From the NCBI GenBank assembly GCA_963717525.1, contig OY970343.1:1760001-1824000 (forward strand): DNA of 64,000 nucleotides. The letters run 5' to 3'. Below the pieces are notes generated by a model. The model was not told the origin of the DNA and did not search any database. It saw only the letters and a list, made by a program, of their open reading frames with translations. This document shows positions 1 to 12,225 of this stretch, in pieces (within the stretch, counting starts at the first letter, position 1; each line of letters opens with the position of its first letter). The translations under genes were made by a program, and so were the position numbers. The DNA comes from an uncultured Methanoregulaceae archaeon (GTDB taxonomy: Archaea; Halobacteriota; Methanomicrobia; Methanomicrobiales; Methanospirillaceae).

Positions 1-87
1 TTCCTGCGGAATAAGACAGTGGCATGAACAGGAGGGGGATTCCCGGGATGTCAGCGATAAAAAAGGATAGGATATAAGGGTAAAATT

Positions 88-2283
88 TTATACGGACAGG
101 TAATCCGACGGGGTGGGCATCTGTTCTTTCAGGCCCTTTCTCTTGCGGATCGCAACGACGACTTCTTTGACCATGTTGTTCGGGACCAGCTCGAATCCTG
201 AGAACTCGGTGTTCCACATCGCACGGCCTTCGGTCGCGGACCGGATATCGCCGGCAAACCCGAAGAGCTCGGCAACCGGGGCTTTCCCGACCACCGTGAT
301 TGTGTCACCCTCGCTCTGCATATCGAAGACCTGCCCGCGCCGTCCCTGGATCTGGGAGGTCGCGGCGCCCATCTGGTCGAGCGGGACCGTGATCTGGATC
401 TTCTGGACCGGCTCCAAGAGCGAATCGCCGGCGATTAGCATACCGCCCTTAATTGCGCCACGCACTGCCGGGATGACCTGTGCCGGGCCACGGTGGATAG
501 CATCTTCGTGCAGCTTGACATCAACCAGTGTCATCTTGAGGTTCTGGACCGGCTCGTCGGCAAGCGGGCCTCCTGCCAGTGCCTCGTTGATACCCTCGAT
601 GATCAGTTCCATCGTCTCGTTGAGGTACTGGACACCTTTGGTCATATCAAAGAGCATATTCGTACCCTTGATATGCTTGACATTCTTTGCCTCGTCCTTG
701 TTCATGCCGGCCTTGAGAAGCACGTCACGGCGCTCGATCGCCGGCTGGTTCATCGACACTTCACCGGCCTTAATCAGGTTGACGATCTCGTCGGGAAGGG
801 GCTCGAGGTCGAAGTAGAACCGGTTGTGCCGGTTCGGGGACTTGCCTTCGACCGATTCCACCTTACCGGTGACGGTCTCACGGTACACCACGATCGGTTC
901 GGAGGTGATGATCTCGACACCCTTGTCGCGCTTGATACGGCCCGTGACAATCTCGAGGTGCAGCTCGCCCATACCGGAGATCAGGTGCTCGCCCGTCTCC
1001 TCGTTGATGGCGATGCCGAGCGTCGGGTCTTCCTTTGCCACCTGCCGCAGCACTTCAACGAGCTTGGGCAGGTCCTTCATGTTCTTTGCCTCGACCGCCA
1101 CGGTCATGACCGGTTCCGAGTAGTGCTTGAGAGACTCGAACGGCGCCATCTCCATGAGGGTGGTGACCGTGGATCCGACACTCGCGTCCCGGAGACCAGT
1201 GACTGCCGCGATGTTCCCCGCGACAATCTCCTCGACCTCGACACGCTTCGGGCCCATGAAGATACCAACCTGCTGGAGCCGGTTCTCTTTTTTTGCGGAA
1301 CCCATGACGTAGAGGCTGTCACCCCGCTTCAGGCTCCCGGAGAAGAGACGCCCGGTGGCCACTTCGCCCGCGTGGGGGTCGAACGAGATATCGGTGACCA
1401 TCAGCCCGACCGGGCCGGTCGCGTCGCAGCTGATCATCGCCTTTCCTTCCTTGGACTCCTTGTCACCGTGCCAGATAACCGGGATACGGCGCTTCTGTGC
1501 GACAAGCGGATCCGGGAGGTGGTGCACGACCATGTCGAGCACGACTTCGTAGAGCGGGCTGTTCTTCGCGAGGTACTTCATGTCACCGGAACGGCACTTC
1601 TCGTACACGTCCTTGAACGAGACGCCGCTCTTTTTCATGTACGGCACCGAGATAGCCCAGTTGTAGAGCGCGGACCCGAAGGCAACCGTACCCTGCGAGG
1701 CATCGAGCTTCCAGCCGTTATTGTAGGACTCCTCGTTCATGCCCTTGATGAGCTTGTTGACCTTGTCAATGACTTTCCCGAGCCGGATCTGCATCTCGGT
1801 CTCGTCGACCTTGAGCTCGTTGACCAGCCGGTCCACCTTGTTGATGAAGAGGACCGGGCGGACCTGCTCCTTCAATGCCTGCCGGAGTACGGTCTCGGTC
1901 TGGGGCATCGTACCCTCGACCGCATCGACGAGCACGACTGCGCCGTCGACCGCACGCATCGCACGCGTCACGTCGCCACCGAAGTCCACGTGGCCCGGCG
2001 TATCGATCATGTTGATCAGGTAATCATTGCCCTCGAACTCGTGGACCATCGAAACGTTTGACGCATCGATGGTGATCCCCCGGGCCTGCTCTTCTGCATC
2101 CGAATCCATGAAGAGCTGCTTACCCGCAAGTTCCTCGGAGATAATACCGGCACCCGCAAGCAAGTTATCGGACAGGGTGGTTTTGCCGTGGTCGATATGC
2201 GCCACGATACCGATGTTTCTGATGTGCTTGGGGTCCTTCATGAGCTCGACTACGCGCTCTACCGTTTTTTTGCCTCGTGCCAT
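88..2283 (-). CDS. fusA: Translation elongation factor aEF-2
   Basis: 731 aa; [19 protein letters not shown] and NKVD GTPase motifs; diphthamide loop LHEDAIHRG; follows rps12-rps7. Confidence 0.98.
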   Translation of the reverse strand: MARGKKTVERVVELMKDPKHIRNIGIVAHIDHGKTTLSDNLLAGAGIISEELAGKQLFMDSDAEEQARGITIDASNVSMVHEFEGNDYLINMIDTPGHVDFGGDVTRAMRAVDGAVVLVDAVEGTMPQTETVLRQALKEQVRPVLFINKVDRLVNELKVDETEMQIRLGKVIDKVNKLIKGMNEESYNNGWKLDASQGTVAFGSALYNWAISVPYMKKSGVSFKDVYEKCRSGDMKYLAKNSPLYEVVLDMVVHHLPDPLVAQKRRIPVIWHGDKESKEGKAMISCDATGPVGLMVTDISFDPHAGEVATGRLFSGSLKRGDSLYVMGSAKKENRLQQVGIFMGPKRVEVEEIVAGNIAAVTGLRDASVGSTVTTLMEMAPFESLKHYSEPVMTVAVEAKNMKDLPKLVEVLRQVAKEDPTLGIAINEETGEHLISGMGELHLEIVTGRIKRDKGVEIITSEPIVVYRETVTGKVESVEGKSPNRHNRFYFDLEPLPDEIVNLIKAGEVSMNQPAIERRDVLLKAGMNKDEAKNVKHIKGTNMLFDMTKGVQYLNETMELIIEGINEALAGGPLADEPVQNLKMTLVDVKLHEDAIHRGPAQVIPAVRGAIKGGMLIAGDSLLEPVQKIQITVPLDQMGAATSQIQGRRGQVFDMQSEGDTITVVGKAPVAELFGFAGDIRSATEGRAMWNTEFSGFELVPNNMVKEVVVAIRKRKGLKEQMPTPSDYLSV

Positions 2284-2306
2284 AAAATAACCTCAAAAAA
2301 GATGTT

Positions 2307-2927
2307 TTACCGGGCGGATTTTGCAATCCGCTCTTTTTCTTCCTTTTTCCCGACCGAGTAACATTTTGCGTCGCCTTTGGAGGCTGCAATCAGTTCATCG
2401 GCAAGGATCGCGCTTGCGGGCTTCTTGCTCTTGCGCGAGGACTTCAGGACTGCCTCGGCGATGAACCCGATGGCGGAGTCGACACGGCGCATGGGGGAGG
2501 TGTCGACGGATTTCGGAACGTTGATGCCACCGTATTTCAGGCGGACTGTCTCTTCCCGGGGACCGGTGTTGCCGATTGCCTCGACAAGCACTTCAATCGG
2601 GTTTCTCTTGGTCTTCTTGTTGATGAGCTCGAATGCATCCCGCACAATCCTTATTGCCAGCTCCTTCTTGCCGGTGTTATTCTCGGTCTGCATCAGGCCG
2701 TTGATCAGCCGCTCGACAATCATCATATTGGCCTTATTGAACTCCTGGCGTGAGTACTTGCCACAGGAATGGGGGATGATCTGGGGGGTGAGATTGACAT
2801 ACCGGATAAGGCTCGGATCGGTCACCCTGACCTCGGATACATCCCATTTGTTGAAGAGCAGTTTCTTTGCCTGTGGCTTTGCCTCGGTTGCAGCTTCAGT
2901 TTTTACTTTTGCTTCTGCTTCAGCCAT
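2307..2927 (-). CDS. rps7: 30S ribosomal protein S7 (uS7)
   Basis: PREETVRLKYGG...VDTSPMRRVD...KKEEKERIAKSAR; start at ATG 2927 (ORF extends to 2936). Confidence 0.97.
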   Translation of the reverse strand: MAEAEAKVKTEAATEAKPQAKKLLFNKWDVSEVRVTDPSLIRYVNLTPQIIPHSCGKYSRQEFNKANMMIVERLINGLMQTENNTGKKELAIRIVRDAFELINKKTKRNPIEVLVEAIGNTGPREETVRLKYGGINVPKSVDTSPMRRVDSAIGFIAEAVLKSSRKSKKPASAILADELIAASKGDAKCYSVGKKEEKERIAKSAR

Positions 2928-2932
2928 CACGA

Positions 2933-3361
2933 TCACCTGCGCGGTTTCTCTTTCCTACCGATGACCATCTCATGGAGGCAGACGTTGTTCACGCTCGTTA
3001 CGACGTACCGGACCCCCGGGATATCTCCCATGGACCGGCCCAGACGGCCGCCGATGCCCTCGATCTCGACTTCGTCGTGCTCATCGATGAAGTTAATGGC
3101 ACCGTCACCAACTGCAAACGCGGTTACCTGACGGCCGTTCTTGATGAGCTGGACGCGCACGCATTTCCGGATCGCCGAGTTGGGCTGCTTAGCCTCGACA
3201 CCGACTTTCTCGAGCACGATACCCCTCGCCTGTGGAGCGCCTTCCAGCGGATCCGACTTAACATCGAGGTTGAGTTCGCGGCGTGCGTAGTTCTTATCGC
3301 TCCACCGGAATTTTTTTGAGTCCCGAACCAGTTTTCTGGCTGCGAATTTACCCTGTCCCAT
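2933..3361 (-). CDS. rps12: 30S ribosomal protein S12 (uS12)
   Basis: [21 protein letters not shown] and GDIPGVRY motifs. Confidence 0.98.
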   Translation of the reverse strand: MGQGKFAARKLVRDSKKFRWSDKNYARRELNLDVKSDPLEGAPQARGIVLEKVGVEAKQPNSAIRKCVRVQLIKNGRQVTAFAVGDGAINFIDEHDEVEIEGIGGRLGRSMGDIPGVRYVVTSVNNVCLHEMVIGRKEKPRR

Positions 3362-3527
3362 TAAAGAGCCTCATTTCAGTTGTTTTTGTGGTTATCGATA
3401 ACCCACACTGAGATATATACTAAAGCGGGGAACCGATTTATAAATTGTGGCATCCGCCTGCCTGTCTTATTCTATTATCCCTGACTCATAATAATATTAT
3501 ATCCTCCTGCCGCCAAACTTAGGGGCA

Positions 3528-3932
3528 ATGACCGTCGCGATTTACAAGGAAGTCCAAATCGATGCGAGCCACCGGCTGCTCCATTACCAGGGGAAGTGCG
3601 CGAACCTCCACGGCCACCGCTGGAAGATCGAGGTGTGGATAGAGGGTGAGCCCGACGCGACGACCTGCATCCTACTTGATTACAACGTCATCAAGCTGGC
3701 CATCGGGAAGTACGACCACCAGATCATCCTCAACCGCGATGACCCCATGGCAGCCTGCATCGAAAAGTTCCAGCACGTGCTCACGACCCCGGGTGATCCT
3801 ACAAGCGAGCTGCTTGCGCGGATTTTCAAAGACGATCTCGATGCAATATGCAGGGCGCAGGGTATCGCGGCGCACGTAACGAAGATCCGGGTCTGGGAAT
3901 CGCCGAACTGTTATGCCGAGATCGCAGAATGA
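3528..3932 (+). CDS. queD: 6-carboxy-5,6,7,8-tetrahydropterin synthase
   Basis: ASHRL...KCANLHGH, PTSE and WESP motifs; ATGA overlap with queE. Confidence 0.92.
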   Translation: MTVAIYKEVQIDASHRLLHYQGKCANLHGHRWKIEVWIEGEPDATTCILLDYNVIKLAIGKYDHQIILNRDDPMAACIEKFQHVLTTPGDPTSELLARIFKDDLDAICRAQGIAAHVTKIRVWESPNCYAEIAE

Positions 3933-4537
3933 AGGTCGCCGAGATTTTTGAAAGCCTCCAGGGGGAGGGAAATAACCAGGGTAGGCCCTGCCTTTTTATC
4001 CGGCTTGCGGGCTGCAACCTGTCCTGCCGCTGGTGTGACACTGCGTACGCGCAGCAGGGCGGAACGGAGACGGACTGCAAAGTGGTCCTCGAACAGTGCT
4101 GGCGAAAGAACCCGCACCTGGTATGCATCACGGGCGGCGAGCCGCTGCTCCAGAAAGACGCTCTTCTCGACCTGCTCCCCTCCCTCTCCATGCGCGGGAT
4201 TGAAATCGAGATCGAGACAAACGGCACGATTGCATTTACCGAGCTGCAGCCGTACGCCTCCATCTGCATGGACGTCAAATGCCCCTCATCGGGGGAGGCA
4301 AGCGATCTTGCGCTCCTTGCTGCAATCCGTCCTGAAGACAGCGTGAAGTTCGTGGTCAGGGACGAGGAGGATTGCCGGTACGCACAGGACGTACTGGAGC
4401 GCCACCCGATCGCGGGCGGGATCTTCTTCTCCCCTGTGTACGGTGCCGATTATGGGCCCATCATCCGCTACATCCTCGATAACGACCTGCCGGTCCGGTT
4501 TCAGCTCCAGCTCCACAAGATCATCGGGATGAGATGA
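3929..4537 (+). CDS. queE: 7-carboxy-7-deazaguanine synthase (radical SAM)
   Basis: [35 protein letters not shown]; start ATG 3929. Confidence 0.93.
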   Translation: MKVAEIFESLQGEGNNQGRPCLFIRLAGCNLSCRWCDTAYAQQGGTETDCKVVLEQCWRKNPHLVCITGGEPLLQKDALLDLLPSLSMRGIEIEIETNGTIAFTELQPYASICMDVKCPSSGEASDLALLAAIRPEDSVKFVVRDEEDCRYAQDVLERHPIAGGIFFSPVYGADYGPIIRYILDNDLPVRFQLQLHKIIGMR

Positions 4538-5205
4538 TGAACGCGGTCTGTCTTCTCTCAGGAGGAATGGACTCGTCTACCCTTGCGTACCTGGTAAAGA
4601 GCAAAGGCTACAAGATCCTCGCCCTCCACGCGAACTATGGCCAGCGCACTGAGAAGAAGGAGCGGGCCTGTGCACAGAAGATCGCTTCACAGCTCGATGC
4701 GCGGGACTTCGTTGAGATCGATTTGAGGTATTTCCGGCAGTTCGGGGCGAGCAGCCTGACCGACGAAAAGATCGCGGTCGACCGGTACGACCCGGCCCGG
4801 GCGCACCTCCCCAATACCTATGTCCCGTTCCGGAACACAAACCTCCTTGCCATTGCCACCAGTTTTGCCGAGGCCCGCGGGGCGGATGCGATCTTCATCG
4901 GCGTGCAGGCGCTCGATTATTCCGGGTACCCCGACTGCAGGCCTGAATTTATCGATGCCTTCCGGAAGGTAATCACGCTTGGAACCCAGGAGACCACGCA
5001 TATTGAACTCTTCACACCCTTCATCAGTATGACAAAGATGGATATCCTGAAGCTCGGAACAGAGCTCCACGTCCCGTACGAGCACACGTGGTCCTGTTAC
5101 CAGAACGAAGAGGAGGCCTGCGGAACCTGCGGCTCGTGCCATTTCCGGCGCGAGGCATTTGCCGCGCTCGGGATGACCGATCCAATCCCGTACAAGGAGG
5201 AATGA
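4534..5205 (+). CDS. queC: 7-cyano-7-deazaguanine synthase
   Basis: [27 protein letters not shown]...CGTCGSC. Confidence 0.96.
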   Translation: MMNAVCLLSGGMDSSTLAYLVKSKGYKILALHANYGQRTEKKERACAQKIASQLDARDFVEIDLRYFRQFGASSLTDEKIAVDRYDPARAHLPNTYVPFRNTNLLAIATSFAEARGADAIFIGVQALDYSGYPDCRPEFIDAFRKVITLGTQETTHIELFTPFISMTKMDILKLGTELHVPYEHTWSCYQNEEEACGTCGSCHFRREAFAALGMTDPIPYKEE

Positions 5206-5702
5206 TGGAGATCTTCCGCGGCAGACGCCTCTGGATCGAGAAGTCGAATGTACGGTTCCCGAACGGTGTCGAAGCGGAGAAAATAATCGTACACCCCGGC
5301 AGCGCGGTTGCAATCCTGCCGGTCACACCAACTGGGTACAAGCTCCTGCGCCAGTACCGGTACGCTATCGGCCAGTACATCTACGAGGTGCCGGCCGGTA
5401 CCATGGAAGAGGGAGAGGATCCGCAGGAGACCGCGCACCGCGAGCTTATCGAGGAAGCAGGCGTTTCGGCAGGAACGATGATCCCCCGGGGTTTCATCTA
5501 CACCACGCCCGGTTATACTGATGAGAAGATCTGGCTCTTTGAGGCTCGTGACCTCTCACCCTCGGACGAATTTGAAAAAGACGCTGATGAGGTGATCGAA
5601 GTGATGGATGTTACCAGAAACACAACGGACGCGATGGTTGCAGACGGCACCATCTGCGATGCAAAGACGATCTGCCTAATCCACCGGTGCAGGGAGGGAT
5701 AA
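5202..5702 (+). CDS. NUDIX hydrolase (ADP-ribose pyrophosphatase-like)
   Basis: Nudix box [30 protein letters not shown] overlap with queC. Confidence 0.88.
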   Translation: MMEIFRGRRLWIEKSNVRFPNGVEAEKIIVHPGSAVAILPVTPTGYKLLRQYRYAIGQYIYEVPAGTMEEGEDPQETAHRELIEEAGVSAGTMIPRGFIYTTPGYTDEKIWLFEARDLSPSDEFEKDADEVIEVMDVTRNTTDAMVADGTICDAKTICLIHRCREG

Positions 5703-6594
5703 TCGTGCGAACTTTTCTTATCGCCGCCGGCCTGGCCTGCCTTCTCGTTCTCGCGATCTGTGCCGGCTGCACGAGCTCTTCCACACCTTCGTATTCTGTG
5801 GACAGCAACGGCATCCTCTCGGTCACCTGCGCACCGGTCACCACGAGCGAGACCGTGCTCTTTACAAACGAGACCTATACGGAATCACAAATCATCCTCC
5901 ATACCCAAACCGGTGACGTGACCACGTACCTGAGCTACCCGAAAGACCCAAAAGCCGTGCTGCTGTACCTGCCGGGAGCCGGGGAGAAGATCTCGGGGCA
6001 TGCAGAAAGGATGGTCACGTACGCGGCAGATGGGTATGCGTTCATGTTCCTCGATTACCGTGGCCGGGGCGGGGAGACGGCCGGCTACCCGTTCAACCCC
6101 AATACGGATTACGCGCTGTTCGAGAACAAGGAATGGCCTGAGTATTACCTGACTATCTGCGATGTCTCGTCAGCCCAAGCGATGCTTTCCACCCGGTTCG
6201 GGTCCCGGTCTACGCGGTAGGAGGCAGTAACGGCGGCCGGTACGCCGCAGTGGCAGCCGGCGTCGACAAGAACTTTGCCGGCTACATCGGGATCTCCACT
6301 GCGGACTGGGGGGTCAAAGAGTCAGTCATCGCACAGGGGGGATCGGGCGACATCCTCCGGTTTGCCGAATCACTAGAACCCAGCACCTACCTGCCGACGA
6401 TCTCCCCGCGCCCGGTCTGGATGTTCCACAACGCGACCGACCCGATCATCCCATTTGCCGATGGACAGGCCCTCTTTGCGACTGCCAACCAGCCCAAGAC
6501 CTTCACCGAGTTTAATGGCGACCATGGAATCAACCCGGATGTTGACAACCGGCTTATGGCCCTCTTGGCGCAAATTTATGGTACACAAGCGTGA
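5687..6594 (+). CDS. Exported/lipoprotein alpha/beta hydrolase, split by a 1-nt frameshift near 6200
   Basis: Hydrophobic leader ending AGC; adding one G to GGG at 6200-6202 gives FGVPVYAVGGSNGG (GxSxG), joining to DPIIP...GDH; start codon uncertain. Confidence 0.75.
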
Positions 6595-6630
6595 ATAGGT
6601 ACGAGCTTTAGGAGAGGCTGAAAACCGCTC

Positions 6631-7902
6631 ATGACAGAACCCGGGGAGATGGACGAGGCACGCAGGCGCTACGAGTTCAAAAAGACACTCGAAAAACTGG
6701 AGGCGCAGGAAGGGGACGGAACGGAGCTCATCACGCTCTACATCCCTCCCGACAAGCAGATCTACGATGTGACAGGCCAGCTCAAGGACGAGTTCGGCCA
6801 GTGCGCTAACATCAAGAGCAAGCAGACCCGGACAAACGTCCAGAGCGCCATCTCCTCTATCCTGTCAAGGCTCAAGTACTACAAGCGTCCACCCGCAAAA
6901 GGTATGGCGGTCTTTTGCGGTACCGTCAAGCTCTACGGCGACCGTACCGACCTCCAGTGCACGATCATCGAACCGCCCGAGCCCCTCAATCTCTACATGT
7001 ACCGGTGCAGCTCGAAGTTCGAGCTCGAGCCGCTCAAACAGATGCTTGAGGAAAAATATGTCTATGGGCTTCTCGTGCTCGACCGGCGCGAGGCGTACTG
7101 GGGATTCCTGCGCGGCAACCGTATCGAGCCGATCGGTGGTTCCACCTCCACAGTACCAGGCAAAATGCGAAAGGGCGGCCAGTCGGCGGCCCGGTTCGGC
7201 CGGCTCCGCGAGATTGCGATCAACGAGTTTTACACAAAAGTCGGCGAGCGTTCAAGTGCGATCTTTTTGGCCGAGAAGAACTTCTTCGAGCGTTTCAAGG
7301 GGCTGTTGATCGGTGGACCGAGCCCGACCAAAGAGGAGTTCGAGGCCGGAAATTTCCTTCACCACGAGGTCCAGAAAAAGATCATCGGACTCTTTGACGT
7401 CGCGTACACGAATGAAGACGGCCTGCCCGAGCTCGTTGACGCAGCAAAGGACGCCCTTTCGGGTATGGAGGTTGTCAAAGAGAAGTCCCTCATGGAACGG
7501 TTCTTAAAAGAACTGGTAAAAGACAATGGCCTTGCCGCTTACGGGGAGGAGAGCATCCGGAAAAACCTCGAGGTCGGAGCAATCGATACACTCCTCCTCT
7601 CTTCGAACCTGAGGAAGTCCCGGCTCAGGATAAAATGCCAGAGCTGCGACTATACCGAGGAGCGGACCGTGAGCATGCCGGTGGGAAAGACCGTGCGGGA
7701 CATCGAGCTTGGCACGTGCCCGAAGTGCACCGCACCGCTCGTCCTTGACGAGGAGATCGATATTATCGACGAGCTTGCGAAGCTCGCCGATAGCTCCAGT
7801 GCAAAAGTGGAGTTAATCTCAGACGATTTTGAGGAGGGATCTATCCTATTCTCAGCATTCGGGGGGATTGCCGCCATTCTCCGGTACAGGACGGGATATT
7901 GA
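6631..7902 (+). CDS. prf1: Peptide chain release factor aRF1
   Basis: NIKS, YRC and GGQS motifs; CxxC...CxxC minidomain. Confidence 0.97.
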   Translation: MTEPGEMDEARRRYEFKKTLEKLEAQEGDGTELITLYIPPDKQIYDVTGQLKDEFGQCANIKSKQTRTNVQSAISSILSRLKYYKRPPAKGMAVFCGTVKLYGDRTDLQCTIIEPPEPLNLYMYRCSSKFELEPLKQMLEEKYVYGLLVLDRREAYWGFLRGNRIEPIGGSTSTVPGKMRKGGQSAARFGRLREIAINEFYTKVGERSSAIFLAEKNFFERFKGLLIGGPSPTKEEFEAGNFLHHEVQKKIIGLFDVAYTNEDGLPELVDAAKDALSGMEVVKEKSLMERFLKELVKDNGLAAYGEESIRKNLEVGAIDTLLLSSNLRKSRLRIKCQSCDYTEERTVSMPVGKTVRDIELGTCPKCTAPLVLDEEIDIIDELAKLADSSSAKVELISDDFEEGSILFSAFGGIAAILRYRTGY

Positions 7903-9575
7903 TGGTTTTTGATACCACGACAATGATTGCAAATGCATTGAAGGAATGCACGGGTACAGCAGACATCCAGCTCACCGACGGCGGGGAGCACGCGGATCTC
8001 GCATCAACCGTGGCGTTCTCCCTTGCAAAAGCAAAGAAACAGGCACCGGTAAAAATAGCGCAGGAGATCGCTGCCGCACTCAAAGACAACAAAGATCTCG
8101 CGGAGCAGGGTATCTCCGTCGAGGTGAAAGGCCCGTACATCAACTTCATCTTCGGGAGCGCGTACGTCAGTGCCACCCTCAAGGCCGCAACACAACCCGG
8201 CTACGGCTCTTTCCCGAAAAAGGAGACCCGGGTCGTACTCGAACACACGAGCGCGAACCCCAACGGTCCCCTCCACGTGGGACATATCAGGAACTCTATT
8301 ATCGGGGATACCCTTGCCCGGGCGTTCCGGAAGGCCGGCTACCGGCTCGAGGTCCAGTATTACGTCAACGATATGGGCCGGCAGATCGCCATCGTCGTGT
8401 GGGGTTTCGACCATCTCGAACACGCACATGCAGAAGGGGAAAAAGAGGACGCCCATATAGCCCGGGTCTACATTGCGGCAAACCGTGAGATCGAAAAAGA
8501 TCCCGATATCACCAAGCAGGTGGACACCCTCATGCAGCTTGTCGAGGGGGGAGATCTTGAGACCGTAAAAAAATTCCGTAGGGAAGTCTCCCGCTGTCTC
8601 GATGGTTTTGCAGTCACGATGAAGGCCCTCAACGTGAAGCATGATCGTTTTGTCTGGGAGAGTGACTTTATCAGGAACGGCGACACGAAAAGGGTCATCA
8701 GGAAGATCGAGAAACTCCCACAGGCCCGCACCGAAGAGAACCTGCTCGCGCTTGACCTTGAAGAGTTTGGCTTCAAGAACAAGTATGTGATCCGGCGGAG
8801 CGACGGGACCTCGGTCTACGCGGCCCGCGACCTCGCGTTCCATACCTGGAAGAGCGCGAACTTCGACCGGGTCATTGACGTACTCGGCGCCGACCACAAG
8901 CTGATCGGGGCGCAGCTCCAGTGCACCATGAAACTTCTCGGCGAGAAAGCCCCGGAGATCGTGCACTTCGAGTTTGTCTCGCTCCCCGAGGGCTCGATGA
9001 GCACCCGGGCAGGGAAGTTTGTCTCCGCCGACGACCTGATCACCGAGGTCACGAAACGTGCCTTTGATGAAGTGACCGCACGCCGGCCAGAACTTGACGA
9101 GGCAACCCGCAGGAGCATTGCAGGATCGGTCGCCCGGGCCGGCATCCGGTACGATATCGTGAAGATCTCGCCCGAGAAGAGCACGGTCTTTGACTGGAAA
9201 GAGGCCCTTGACTTCGAACGCCAGAGCGGGCCCTACATCCAGTACGCCCACGCCCGTGCGTGCAGCATCCTTGAAAAGGGCGGCGCCTTTGCCGAATGTT
9301 ATGATCTTGCGACAGAACAGGAGATCATTCTTGCAAAGAAGATCGCAAAGTTCCCCGGTGTCATTGAAAAAGTGGTCACCGAGCTCCGCCCTCACCTCCT
9401 TGCCACCTATGCCCACGAACTGGCCGACATTTTCAACACGTTCTACCACTACGAACCGGTCCTCAAAAGCGAGGGGAATGTGAGGGCCCGAAGGCTCACG
9501 CTCGTAAAGGCCGTACAGAACACCTTACAAGAGTCCCTCGAGACGCTCGGGATCGATGCCATCCGCACCATGTGA
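7899..9575 (+). CDS. argS: Arginine--tRNA ligase
   Basis: EHTSANPNGPLHVGHIRN, MSTRAG, PYIQYAHAR. Confidence 0.97.
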   Translation: MMVFDTTTMIANALKECTGTADIQLTDGGEHADLASTVAFSLAKAKKQAPVKIAQEIAAALKDNKDLAEQGISVEVKGPYINFIFGSAYVSATLKAATQPGYGSFPKKETRVVLEHTSANPNGPLHVGHIRNSIIGDTLARAFRKAGYRLEVQYYVNDMGRQIAIVVWGFDHLEHAHAEGEKEDAHIARVYIAANREIEKDPDITKQVDTLMQLVEGGDLETVKKFRREVSRCLDGFAVTMKALNVKHDRFVWESDFIRNGDTKRVIRKIEKLPQARTEENLLALDLEEFGFKNKYVIRRSDGTSVYAARDLAFHTWKSANFDRVIDVLGADHKLIGAQLQCTMKLLGEKAPEIVHFEFVSLPEGSMSTRAGKFVSADDLITEVTKRAFDEVTARRPELDEATRRSIAGSVARAGIRYDIVKISPEKSTVFDWKEALDFERQSGPYIQYAHARACSILEKGGAFAECYDLATEQEIILAKKIAKFPGVIEKVVTELRPHLLATYAHELADIFNTFYHYEPVLKSEGNVRARRLTLVKAVQNTLQESLETLGIDAIRTM

Positions 9576-10461
9576 CGCCCGGAGAAAACAGGGCTACCTC
9601 TTTTTTTCGCCAGCGTCGTCTGCTGCCCTCAAGCCGTGCCTCTGGTGCAAACGGGCCCTTACCGGCGGCGAGATGTGTTACAAGCACCAGTTCTACGGGA
9701 TCGACAGCCACCGCTGTGTCCAGATGACCCCCACCCTGCGCTGCAACCAGCGCTGCCTCTTCTGCTGGCGCTCGTTTGAGCACGAAGTGGCCGATGAGGT
9801 GGAGTGCCTACCGGAGACGATCCTTGCCGGCATAAAGAAACTCCAGAAAAAGGCGCTTGCCGGGTACAACGCGGTGCTCGATAACACCGTAACCGAAGAG
9901 CGCTGGCAGGAAGCGCTGGCACCCCGGCATGTGGCGATCTCCCTCTCAGGAGAGCCCACCCTCTACAGCAGGCTCCCGGAACTTGTCGATCTCTTCAACG
10001 CAAGCGGGTACACCACCTTTGTCGTCAGCAACGGTACGAATCCCGGCGTGCTCGCCCGGTGCCGGCCCTTCCAGCAGTATGTCTCGCTCAATGCGCCAAA
10101 TACGGAGATCTACGAAAAGACCTGCCGGCCCATGGGCGATGCAGAAGAATTCTGGAGCCGCATCATGGAAAGTCTCGCGCAGCTCCGGGCGAAGAGGTCG
10201 GCCGTGCGGATCACGCTTGTTTCCGGCCTCAATGATACGGACCCGCAGGGGTATGCCCGGCTCCTGCAGGACGCGGGGGCCACCTTTGTCGAGGTGAAGG
10301 GATACATGTATCTGGGATACAGTAGAAACCGTTTGCAACGGAACAACATGCCGGAACACGAGCAGGTGCGGGACTTTGCAGAAAGAATAGCCGCATCGTG
10401 CGATTATAAGATCCGGGATGAAAACCCCTTAAGCAGGGTCATCTGCATGGAGCGTGTGTAA
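9556..10461 (+). CDS. taw1: 4-demethylwyosine synthase Taw1/TYW1 (radical SAM)
   Basis: CYKHQFYGIDSHRC, CNQRCLFCWR, ISLSGEPT, VEVKGYMYLGYSR. Confidence 0.93.
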   Translation: MPSAPCDARRKQGYLFFSPASSAALKPCLWCKRALTGGEMCYKHQFYGIDSHRCVQMTPTLRCNQRCLFCWRSFEHEVADEVECLPETILAGIKKLQKKALAGYNAVLDNTVTEERWQEALAPRHVAISLSGEPTLYSRLPELVDLFNASGYTTFVVSNGTNPGVLARCRPFQQYVSLNAPNTEIYEKTCRPMGDAEEFWSRIMESLAQLRAKRSAVRITLVSGLNDTDPQGYARLLQDAGATFVEVKGYMYLGYSRNRLQRNNMPEHEQVRDFAERIAASCDYKIRDENPLSRVICMERV

Positions 10462-12045
10462 ATGAGATTCAACCCGCAGGACTGGAAAGAAAAATCCCAC
10501 TCTAACTTCGAAGGCGCATGGCACGAGGGTCCGTCCGTGGTCACCCCGCCCGGGGGAGACAAGAAATACCCCCGCGTCCGGTACACACGGGCGCAGGAGC
10601 ACCCGATCTTTGCCACCGTCAACCGGCTGCGTGAGATCTACCTCTCGATGGGTTTCGATGAGTGCGAGAACCCGGTGATCGTCGAGGAGAGCGATATCTA
10701 CCGGCAATTCGGCCCTGAGGCGATGGCTGTGCTCGACCGGGTATTCTATATCGGCGGCCTGCCGCGGCCAAATGTAGGGATCGCACGCGCCCAGATCGAT
10801 GCAATCAATGAGATCCTCAAAAAAACCATGCCGGCTGCGACCGAGGAGAAACTCCGCGAGACCCTCCATGCGTACAAGAAATCGGAGATCGATGGTGACG
10901 AGCTGACACACGAGCTGGCAAACGTCCTCGACACCGATGATGGGAACGTGGTTCATATCCTTGACGCAGTATTCCCGGAGTTCAAGGCCCTGGTGCCCGA
11001 ATCCTCGCGCAGCACACTTCGCAGCCATATGACCAGCGGCTGGTTCATGACGCTTGGCTCCATCTGGGAGCGCACGCCTCTGCCAATAAAACTTTTCTCT
11101 GTCGATCGCTGCTTCCGGCGCGAACAGGCAGAGGGGCCAACACGGCTCATGACCTACCACTCCGCGTCCTGTGTGGTCGCGGGAGAGGATGTTACCATTG
11201 AAGACGGCAAAGCCGTGAGCGAGGCGCTTCTGTCCGCGTTTGGGTACAAGGATTTCCGGTTCCAGCCAGACGAGAAGCGCTCCAAGTACTATATGCCGGA
11301 CTCTCAGACCGAAGTCTATGCAAAGCACCCGGTGCACGGCTGGGTGGAAGTGGCGACCTTCGGCATGTACTCCCCATCTGCTCTCGGCGAATATGGGATC
11401 GGTGTCCCGGTCATGAACCTCGGTCTTGGCGTAGAACGGCTTGCGATGATCGCGTATAATGCAAACGATGTCCGGCAGCTCTCATACCCCCAATTCTTCC
11501 CCCACCTGACAAATGACCGGGAGATCGCGCGTGCCGTGCACTTCAAAGAGGAGCCGGTCACTGTCGATGGAAAAGCGCTCGCGCGTGCCATTGCACAGGT
11601 TGCGACTGCCAATGCAACGGCCCAAGGTCCCTGCTCCTTTGATGTATGGGAAGGCACCCTGTACGGCAGGCACGTAAAGGTGACCGTAGAGGAGACCGAA
11701 GCGAATGCGAAACTCTGCGGGCCGGCCTGCGCAAACGAGATCTTCGTGCATGAAGGAAGCATCCTCGGCGTCCCCGATGCGGATAAATGGAAAGACGTGC
11801 GCACCCAGGGTGTCCCGACCGGTATCTCATACCTTGGCGCCGCCTCCGCTTTTGCGGCAGCGGAGATCGAACAGGCAGCCCGGTGCGGGAAGGGGACTCT
11901 CGTGCAGGTCAAGATGGCAAAGCATCCCAGCGACATCAACCTCAGGATAGAAGAGTACGCAATGCGGGCAATTACGGATACCAAGAAGAAAGTCGATGTC
12001 CGGGGCCCGGTCTTCCTTGCAGTCAGGTCGCAGGTAACTGAATAA
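10462..12045 (+). CDS. sepS: O-phosphoserine--tRNA(Cys) ligase
   Basis: [44 protein letters not shown]. Confidence 0.96.
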   Translation: MRFNPQDWKEKSHSNFEGAWHEGPSVVTPPGGDKKYPRVRYTRAQEHPIFATVNRLREIYLSMGFDECENPVIVEESDIYRQFGPEAMAVLDRVFYIGGLPRPNVGIARAQIDAINEILKKTMPAATEEKLRETLHAYKKSEIDGDELTHELANVLDTDDGNVVHILDAVFPEFKALVPESSRSTLRSHMTSGWFMTLGSIWERTPLPIKLFSVDRCFRREQAEGPTRLMTYHSASCVVAGEDVTIEDGKAVSEALLSAFGYKDFRFQPDEKRSKYYMPDSQTEVYAKHPVHGWVEVATFGMYSPSALGEYGIGVPVMNLGLGVERLAMIAYNANDVRQLSYPQFFPHLTNDREIARAVHFKEEPVTVDGKALARAIAQVATANATAQGPCSFDVWEGTLYGRHVKVTVEETEANAKLCGPACANEIFVHEGSILGVPDADKWKDVRTQGVPTGISYLGAASAFAAAEIEQAARCGKGTLVQVKMAKHPSDINLRIEEYAMRAITDTKKKVDVRGPVFLAVRSQVTE

Positions 12046-12225
12046 TCTTTTTTCCCCGAAAAGGAGGTTCAGCCCTCAGGATGAACGGGTATTACCTGCC
12101 CGGTCAGAGAGAGTGACTTTCCCGGAAATACCTCCCTATCCATCTTGGGATCGGCTGATATTTCCGGAGTGCGTGAAATACTCTCTCATCGGAGAGCGCA
12201 AAGTACTTTTCAGGAAAGAGACGGA

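Noticed and set aside
493..2061. Long antisense ORFs (also 8004-9449, 27542-28570, 54505-55602 and others)
   Set aside because: Shadow ORFs opposite well-supported genes, as expected from GC-rich codon bias.
3528..5205. queDEC as part of a 7-deazaguanine DNA-modification (dpd) island
   Set aside because: No dpdA/TGT-like or other dpd genes nearby; preQ0 supply for archaeosine is the ordinary explanation.
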